From an uncultured Planctomycetota bacterium (GTDB taxonomy: Bacteria > Planctomycetota > Planctomycetia > Isosphaerales > Isosphaeraceae), in assembly GCA_963823665.1 (NCBI GenBank), contig CAWGMQ010000005.1:1312001-1376000 (forward strand): DNA of 64,000 bases, read 5' to 3'. Below are positions 57,482 to 64,000 of the stretch, one piece after another. A program made the position numbers and the translations under genes. Under the pieces are notes generated by a model. That model made no database searches. It was given only the letters and a program-made list of their open reading frames with translations, and had not been told where the DNA came from. Position 1 is the first letter of the stretch. Every line of letters starts with the position of its first letter.

Positions 57482-59628
57482 ATGGCAAAGTGGCCTGAAA
57501 ATCCGCGATTGATCGGAACGCGTGTGCCACGACTGGATGGGCTGGCCAAAGCCTCGGGCAAGGCCAAGTACCCGTCGGACATGCGGCCGGAAGGGACGCT
57601 CTTCGGCGTCATGCTGTACAGCCCGTACGCCCGCGCCACGATCAAGTCGATTGATACGTCGGCGGCCGAGAGGATGCCAGGTGTGAAGGCCGTGATCACG
57701 ATCGCCAAGGCGGGTGCGCCGCTGAACTTTCACGGGGACGACATCGCGGCCGTTGCCGCTGAGACCGAAAACCAGGCACGGGATGCGATTCGCGCGATCA
57801 AGGTCGAATATGAAGTGCTGCCGCATGTTGCAACGGAAGCGCTGTCGATGGCGGAAGGGGCGCCGAAGGTCTTTGATCGCGGCAATGTGAACCAGGGGCG
57901 GACGCAAACGCGTGGTAAGCCGGTGGATAAAATGGCCACTGCTGAAGTGATCATCGAGGGGACGTACTCCGTGCCGATGATCACGCATGTGTGCCTCGAG
58001 ACGCACGGGCTGACCGTGAAGTTTGAAGGCGAGGACAAGCTCGTGTGCTGGGCGAGCACACAGAACGTCATGGGTGTGGCGGGCGAGCTTGCGAATCTCA
58101 TGAAGGTCCCACCGGCCAACGTGACGGTTTACACCGACTACATGGGGGGCGGATTTGGTTCAAAGTTCGGCGCTGATTTATGGGGCAGGACGGCGGCCCA
58201 GCTCTCGAAGATGGCCGGCGGACGGCCCGTCAAGATGTTCCTGGACCGGGTGCAGGAGCACCTGGCGGCCGGGAACCGGCCGAGCGCATCAGCGCACATC
58301 AAGCTGGGTGCGAACCGCGAGGGCACGATCGTGGCCATGATTGCCGACGCACACGGCACCGGAGGGGTCGGCGGCAGCGGGCCGGTGACGTTGCCTTACG
58401 TGTACAGCATTTCGGACACGGCCGTGACGCAGTCAGCAGTGCGGACGAATTTCGGCAATCAGCGGGCCATGAGGGCGCCGGGCATCCGCAGAGCTGTGCG
58501 CTCACCGAGGCGGCGATGGACGACCTGGCTGATAAGCTGGGAATGGACCCGATCGAGTTCCGCCTGAAGAATCTCAACCCGACGGATTTCCGAACGCCGT
58601 CATACCAGGCCGAACTGAAGATGGGTGCCGAACTGATCGGCTGGAGCCAGAAACGCAAGCCGCGAGGGAGCAACGGCGCCGGGCCGATCAAGCACGGGAT
58701 GGGCGTGGCTCTGCACCAGTGGGGCGGTGGCCCCGGTGGACGAGACAAGCAAGTCTCGTGCACGATCAACCCAGATGGGTCGGTCGAAACCAAGTGCGCC
58801 ACGCAGGACCTGGGCACCGGTATCCGGACTGTCCTGGCGATCATCGCCGCCGAGATTCTGGGGCTCAAGCCGACCGACATCACCTCGAGCATCGGCAACT
58901 CGCACTATCCGCCCGGGCAGGCTTCGGGCGGGTCGACGACCACCCCGTCCATGGCGCCGCCGGCACTTGATGCGGTGACGAAAGCGCGTGATGCGTTCTT
59001 CAAGAAGATCGCTCCCGCCGTGCAGGCCACACCCGAGAACCTCACGCTCAAAGACGGCCAGCTCTGGCGTGCGGGCGAGCCGATCATGAGCTGGAAAGAC
59101 GCCTGCGGCAAGCTGGGCACGTCGGCAATCTCGGAGACGGGCTCGTTCCAGGACGGGCTGGCCAACGGCGGCGTGGCAGGCTGCCAGTTTGCCGAAGTCA
59201 CCGTCGACGTCGAGACCGGCGAGGTGAAGTTGAAGAAGATCGTCGCCATCCAGGACTCGGGCCTGATCATCGACAAACTGACGTGGGAGAGCCAGGTGTA
59301 CGGAGGGGTGATCATGGGGCTCAACTACGGCCTGTTCGAAGAGCGGGTCGTGGATCCGACAACCGGCACGATGCTCAACTCTGACATGGAGATGTACAAG
59401 CTGGCAGGGGCCGCCGACATACCCGAGATCATCGTGCGGGCTTACGAGCCCGACGAGATCAAAGGCCGTGGAGTCGCGGGTGTGGGCGAGCCTCCAACCA
59501 TTGCCACGGCCGCGGCCATCGGCAATGCGGTCGCGAACGCCATCGGTGTGCGGGTGCCCGATTGGCCCATGAGTCCAAGGAATGTCTTGAACGCCCTGGC
59601 CACCGCATCCAGAGAAGGGAAGGCGTGA
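57482..59628 (+). CDS. Xanthine dehydrogenase family molybdopterin-binding subunit; frameshift near 58483
   Basis: MGGGFGSK and AMRAPG, then HPQ, QDLGTG, GGSTT, SQVYGG, GVGEP. One C is missing in ggc[c]at. Confidence 0.92.
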
Positions 59629-59631
59629 ACC

Positions 59632-60624
59632 ATGAAAGCCTTTGAATACGCAGCGCCGGCCACAATCGATGAAGCCGTCAAGCTGATGGGAGCGCCAGGG
59701 GCGGCCGCCCTCTCCGGGGGCACCGACCTGATCAGCCGGATGAAAGACTACGTTTCCTCTCCGGAACGCGTGGTCTATCTGAAGGATATCAAGGAGATGG
59801 CCGGGATAGCGGGCGAAGCCAAGTCGACCGGCTTGACGATCGGCGCGGGAACGCGGCTCTCCGACATCGTGGCGAATGCCGGCATTCGCGAGGCTTACCC
59901 GGCGCTCTGGCAGGCAACGCTCGAGCTGGCCTCGCCCCAGATCCGCAACATGGCCACTGTGGGGGGCAACCTGCTGCAGCGGCCGCGGTGCTGGTATTTC
60001 CGCGGCGGCCATGGGCTGCTCGGCATGAAGGATGGCAAGAGCTTGGTGCGTGCCGGCGACAATCGCTACCACGCGATCTTCATGACCGACGGCGATGCGC
60101 TCTTCGTCAGCGCGTCGAGCCTGGCGGTGGCCCTGTGCGCACTCGACGCCCAGGCTTCCATCACGGGCCCCAAGGGCAACCGCACCGTCAAAGTCGAGGA
60201 GCTGTACCAGGTTCCCAAGCGAGAGACCGACAGTGAGTTCACGCTCGGGCCCGGGGAGATCCTCACCAAGGTGGCCATTCCCGCGGCCAAGGGCAAGAAC
60301 GCCTCCTACGAGGCACGCCACAAACAAGCCCAGGACTGGCCCATCGTTCTGGCCTCGGTGAACCTGATGCTTGACGGAGACACGGTTTCTTCCGCCCGGA
60401 TCTTCATCTACGGCGTGGCTCCGGTGCCATTCCGGAGCGTGGCGGCGGAGAACACGATCACCGGCAAGCGGGTCAGCGTGGAAACTGCGGCACTGGCAAG
60501 CGAAGCCGCGGTGACCGGGGCGGCGCCTCTGTCCATGAATGCCTACAAGGTTCCCTTGACCAAGACCGTGGTAAAACGGGCATTGCTGGCCGCAGTCGGC
60601 AACCGCTACTGGGAGGGGGCTTGA
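59632..60624 (+). CDS. Xanthine dehydrogenase family FAD-binding subunit
   Basis: LSGGTDL, ASPQIRNMATVGGNLLQRPRCWYFR, GVAPVP, NAYKV. Confidence 0.92.
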   Translation: MKAFEYAAPATIDEAVKLMGAPGAAALSGGTDLISRMKDYVSSPERVVYLKDIKEMAGIAGEAKSTGLTIGAGTRLSDIVANAGIREAYPALWQATLELASPQIRNMATVGGNLLQRPRCWYFRGGHGLLGMKDGKSLVRAGDNRYHAIFMTDGDALFVSASSLAVALCALDAQASITGPKGNRTVKVEELYQVPKRETDSEFTLGPGEILTKVAIPAAKGKNASYEARHKQAQDWPIVLASVNLMLDGDTVSSARIFIYGVAPVPFRSVAAENTITGKRVSVETAALASEAAVTGAAPLSMNAYKVPLTKTVVKRALLAAVGNRYWEGA

Positions 60625-60807
60625 TCGCTCCAGTGCTTCGATCCCGTTTTGCTATGAAAACGCAACGAGGGGGCAAATTTCATTACGATCTCTCTTGATA
60701 CGATCGAGATAGAATGGCATGCTACGATGTGTCGTTCTTTCTACGAGAAGAGAGGCCGAGCTCCGTATGAGTTTCCCCTCATTTCACGACCAAGAGGAGA
60801 CTTGTCA

Positions 60808-60930
60808 ATGGGTGACGCACGCGACAACGCCAAGAAGAAGAAAGCCGCCGAGAAGAAAGGTGCCAAAGGCAACATGAAGGCGGCTCCTGCGGCGCCGGCG
60901 AAAACCGAGGCAAAGCCCGCCAAGAAGTGA
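60808..60930 (+). CDS. Small Lys/Ala-rich protein (40 aa)
   Basis: aggaga RBS; MGDARDNAKKKKAAEKKGAKGNMKAAPAAPAKTEAKPAKK; downstream hairpin. Confidence 0.6.
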   Translation: MGDARDNAKKKKAAEKKGAKGNMKAAPAAPAKTEAKPAKK

Positions 60931-60957
60931 TCTCTTCCATCACCAATCTCGGTTGAA

Positions 60958-61006
60958 TCGAAGCCGAAGGCGCGCCGGCGCGATGCGGCGTGTTTTCGGC
61001 TTCGAG
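60958..61006. terminator. Hairpin between convergent genes
   Basis: tcgaagccgaa...ttcggcttcga 11-bp outer stem, extendable with G-U pairs. Confidence 0.6.
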
Positions 61007-61010
61007 CCGA

Positions 61011-61853
61011 TCATCGGCGATGCCGTGGGTTGATTGTGTCGCCGGAGAGGTGCTGAGCGGCCAGCAGGCTTCGCGTGGTAAGCTCGACGGTGAACGGATG
61101 GGATGGCACGGCATATTGCTCGTCCGACAGTTCGGTTGCGCAGGCAAGTGCCAGGGTTGACAGGTCATTTAATCCCGCACTCTTCCAGAACCAGGCCATC
61201 CAGAGGAGCATTCGCCGATAGAGCTCAAGGCGCCCGATCAGGCGGCGTTCGAACAGGAAGCGGTACACGCCGGCATCGCGGGCGGGGTCGGGGTGTGGAC
61301 TTCCTTCGCGGAGTCGAATTTCCTCCGCAAGCTCGAATGTCAGCGGCGAGAGATCAAGCCAGGATGGGCATCTCTCGAGCAGCGCGGGCACCCGAGCGGC
61401 CATCTCCGCGGCGGAAATCGATGATGGGTCGATGCCGGCGATGGTCGCCGTCACGGGCGAGGCTTGAAACTCCGGTCCCAGCATGAGGTCGAGCCACTCG
61501 CGCACCGTGGGTGGAACGACACGTGCGCACGTCGTGAGGCTTCCTGAGAGTAGCCCCAGGGCCAGGTCAGGAACATCTCGGGCACAGTCCGCCTCAGCCT
61601 GGTCTTCCAGCTCCTCGAGCAGGCCGCCGGCGGTTTCCGACTCGGGTTCGACTTCTCCAAGAGCGTCGCAAACTCCTGACCGGACGTCGCAGAGAAACGC
61701 CGCGGTTCTGCGCTGGTGGGCATTGCTCACTGATAGCCCGATCGAGCCGCGGCCCGCCCCATCGACGGGCGTGACCAGGGTCGCGACCAACCTCAAGCCT
61801 ACTCGACTGGGCAGCGCGCCGGCTCCGTCGCGCGGGCCGCCATCGTCAGGCAT
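61011..61853 (-). CDS. Hypothetical protein
   Basis: 280-aa ORF overlapping the MFS stop; protein-like composition (YRRMLLWMAWFW, HPF). Confidence 0.65.
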   Translation of the reverse strand: MPDDGGPRDGAGALPSRVGLRLVATLVTPVDGAGRGSIGLSVSNAHQRRTAAFLCDVRSGVCDALGEVEPESETAGGLLEELEDQAEADCARDVPDLALGLLSGSLTTCARVVPPTVREWLDLMLGPEFQASPVTATIAGIDPSSISAAEMAARVPALLERCPSWLDLSPLTFELAEEIRLREGSPHPDPARDAGVYRFLFERRLIGRLELYRRMLLWMAWFWKSAGLNDLSTLALACATELSDEQYAVPSHPFTVELTTRSLLAAQHLSGDTINPRHRR

Positions 61854-63246
61854 GGCTCTGGCTCCATTCCTTCAAGTATTCCAGGCTGCGACGGTAGGGC
61901 TTGAGTCCGAGGTACAAGAGTAACCCGGCCCCGACGTACGAAAAGACCCCAACGCAAAGCAATGAGTAACCGATGTTCTCTTTGCCAAACATGTTGTCGG
62001 TCAGCGCGGCCACAAGGCTGGGACCGATGCCCATGCCGATCAAGCTGACCACGAACAAATAGAGGGCTGAGGCCTGCGAGCGCATCCTGTTCGGCATCAT
62101 CTGCTGAATGGCGGCCGGCGCGACGCCGAACGGCATGCTGGCGAAGAAAACCACCGGCGTCACAAAGATCATCGACCAGGTTGCGGTTGGGGCCAGCGGA
62201 AACGCCACCACGAACGGTATTCCCGCGACTGCAGCCAGCAAGGCGACCACCAGGTTCGCGTCGTTGCGGCCACGGCTTCGCAACGAATCGGCCAGATAGC
62301 CTCCGGCGACGATCCCGAGCGTGCCGGCAACCGCCACGATCAAGCCGAATACGACGCCGGTCTGACCGGGCGTCCAGGCAAATCGTCTTTGCAGGAAAGT
62401 GGGAATCCAGGCATAGGCGCCATATCCGTTCAGGGCAACCAGAGCAGCACCCAGGTCGAGGCAACCGAGGGTCATGCGGTTGTCGCGGAAGTAAGTCCAG
62501 ACCAGAGCGGACGACATGGTTCGCGCCACCCCGGTACCTTCCTTCTGCAAGTGTAGACCCTTTCGCACCGGCTCGCGAATCGCGAGCATCAGCACGGCGA
62601 CGAGCAGCCCCGGTAGGCCCACCAGGAAGAACACCAGTTGCCAGGCGCGCACGGCGCCGAGGAGTGGTATGACGAAATCCTCCTGACCCGAAGTGAGCTT
62701 GATGACCACGCCGCCGACGATGAACGACAGCCCCGCGCCGAGGTAGATTCCCATCGAATAAACGCTGATGGCCGTCGACCGCAATTCGGGCCGGAAGTAA
62801 TCCGAGATGAGAGAGTAGGCTGCCGGCGAAAGCGTCGCTTCGCCGACGCCCACCCCCATCCGCATCAAGGCAAGCTGCCAGAACTTCCTGGTCAACCCGC
62901 AGCCGGCGGTGAGCACGCTCCAGAGCGCGACGCCCGCGGTGATCAGCAGCCGGCGGCTTTTCGTATCCGCCAGCCAGCCCAGCGGGATGCCGAAGAGCGA
63001 GTAGAACACGGCGAAGCTCGCCCCCATCAGCAAGCTCATCTGGAAGTCGCTGATGCCCAGATCGTGCCGGATGGGGGCGACCATCAGGCTGAGTATCTGC
63101 CGGTCGATGAACGAGAAGACGTATGCCACCGTGAGCAGGCCGACGACGAACCAGGCGTAAGCGGGGCTCGAATATGACTCCGGCTCGATTGAAGGAGCCG
63201 CCGTTTCGATGGTTGAATCTGCGGACGGGAGGGATGATTGCGTCAT
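61846..63246 (-). CDS. MFS transporter (spinster-like)
   Basis: FSFIDRQIL, GWLADTKSRR, RMGVGVGEA, GYLAD; about 12 TM segments. Confidence 0.92.
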   Translation of the reverse strand: MTQSSLPSADSTIETAAPSIEPESYSSPAYAWFVVGLLTVAYVFSFIDRQILSLMVAPIRHDLGISDFQMSLLMGASFAVFYSLFGIPLGWLADTKSRRLLITAGVALWSVLTAGCGLTRKFWQLALMRMGVGVGEATLSPAAYSLISDYFRPELRSTAISVYSMGIYLGAGLSFIVGGVVIKLTSGQEDFVIPLLGAVRAWQLVFFLVGLPGLLVAVLMLAIREPVRKGLHLQKEGTGVARTMSSALVWTYFRDNRMTLGCLDLGAALVALNGYGAYAWIPTFLQRRFAWTPGQTGVVFGLIVAVAGTLGIVAGGYLADSLRSRGRNDANLVVALLAAVAGIPFVVAFPLAPTATWSMIFVTPVVFFASMPFGVAPAAIQQMMPNRMRSQASALYLFVVSLIGMGIGPSLVAALTDNMFGKENIGYSLLCVGVFSYVGAGLLLYLGLKPYRRSLEYLKEWSQSHA

Positions 63247-63352
63247 GCGATCCTCCGGGGCGGTTCGTTTGCAAACGCCTGCAGGTGTGTATCGTCGCAG
63301 GAGAGGCCATCTGGAACAATCGGCGACCAGGAAGTTTCCTGGCGCGGGATCA

Positions 63353-64000
63353 TCAATGAAAGTCCCGGGAAACCCGGCCGAGATTGGGAAGCTGGTCCGT
63401 CAGGTCTTGCAGTCGAGCGACAATCAGATGGGTCACGCCGTCCTGCTTCTGCAGCTTGCCCGAGGCGAGAACGGCCCGTGCGAGGCGGCCGACTTTGCGA
63501 TAGCGCTCCCAGACATCGGGCCAGATGATCAGGTTGGCGCTGCCGGTCTCATCTTCGATCGTCATGAACGTCACTCCCTTCGCCGTTCCCGGGCGTTGCC
63601 TCACCAGAACCAATCCGGCAACGCGGTAGGAACGGTTCCCTTTCAAATCCTGTAGATCGGCCGTCGTCACAACGTGCTGGGCGTTCAGGGTCTCACGCAA
63701 TGGGCTGAACGGATGGCCTCGCAAAGAAAGCCGCTGAGCGTGATAGTCATGGATGACTTCCTCCACAGGCGAAAGCCGCGGTAACTCGGGCGGTGTCTCG
63801 TCGGGGAGACTCGCCAGCAACGGCTCAAGCGGCGTCACCGCCAGCGACATCCAGTAGGCAGGCCGGCGGTCCAGAGCGAGCGAGCGGAACGCGTCTGCGG
63901 CGGCCAGCCGAGACAGGACTGCCGAGGTGAATCCGGTGCGTGCGACGAAATCGCCGTACGTGATGAACGGCCCGTCCGTGCGCTTCAGGACGATCGTCTC
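63353..64000 (-). CDS. dnaE2: Error-prone DNA polymerase, 3' part
   Basis: LSLRGHP, VAGLVLVRQRPGTAKGVTFMTIEDETG, and the C-terminal SRDFH signature. Confidence 0.92.
   Translation of the reverse strand, partial: ETIVLKRTDGPFITYGDFVARTGFTSAVLSRLAAADAFRSLALDRRPAYWMSLAVTPLEPLLASLPDETPPELPRLSPVEEVIHDYHAQRLSLRGHPFSPLRETLNAQHVVTTADLQDLKGNRSYRVAGLVLVRQRPGTAKGVTFMTIEDETGSANLIIWPDVWERYRKVGRLARAVLASGKLQKQDGVTHLIVARLQDLTDQLPNLGRVSRDFH

Noticed and set aside
58440..58500. Naturally split molybdopterin subunit or programmed frameshift
   Set aside because: The break falls inside the conserved RAPGHP motif and is fixed by one base; there is no slippery site or new RBS.

Overview
High-GC bacterial chromosome segment, probably from a Planctomycetota (Isosphaeraceae-like) genome; this is inferred from gene families and repeat types, not from a marker gene. 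I found no rRNA, tRNA or CRISPR array. Family and domain names were recognised by eye from motifs and need HMM confirmation. Layout: (1) 1-27.8 kb is mostly housekeeping: phosphodiesterase, DUF4159 protein, oxidoreductases, a FabD-like/acyl-CoA dehydrogenase/FadB-like/thiolase operon, ugd-pabB...pabC-like, Nif3, rhodanese, with small accessory inserts. (2) 27.8-45.9 kb is a plastic region with no integrase or transposase. It holds intact and decayed toxin-antitoxin modules, gene scars, a sigma factor, a flavin-dependent halogenase, a partly duplicated 2OG-Fe dioxygenase, two copies of a MITE with 3-bp target duplications (one with a 6x71-bp hairpin array), many REP-like repeats, and a large 'NRRNA..STGP' family gene with a frame-independent DNA motif. 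(3) 45.9-56.6 kb is a SpoIIM/RDD/RDD/DUF4129/DUF4350/MoxR/DUF58/ABC membrane system of unknown function. (4) 56.8-64 kb has a Tat-exported molybdo-flavoenzyme, an MFS transporter and the 3' end of dnaE2. Several core genes carry 1-2 nt frameshifts that look like long-read errors. The main cross-cutting signal is that accessory DNA repeatedly sits beside a duplicated, often diverged piece of a neighbouring gene.
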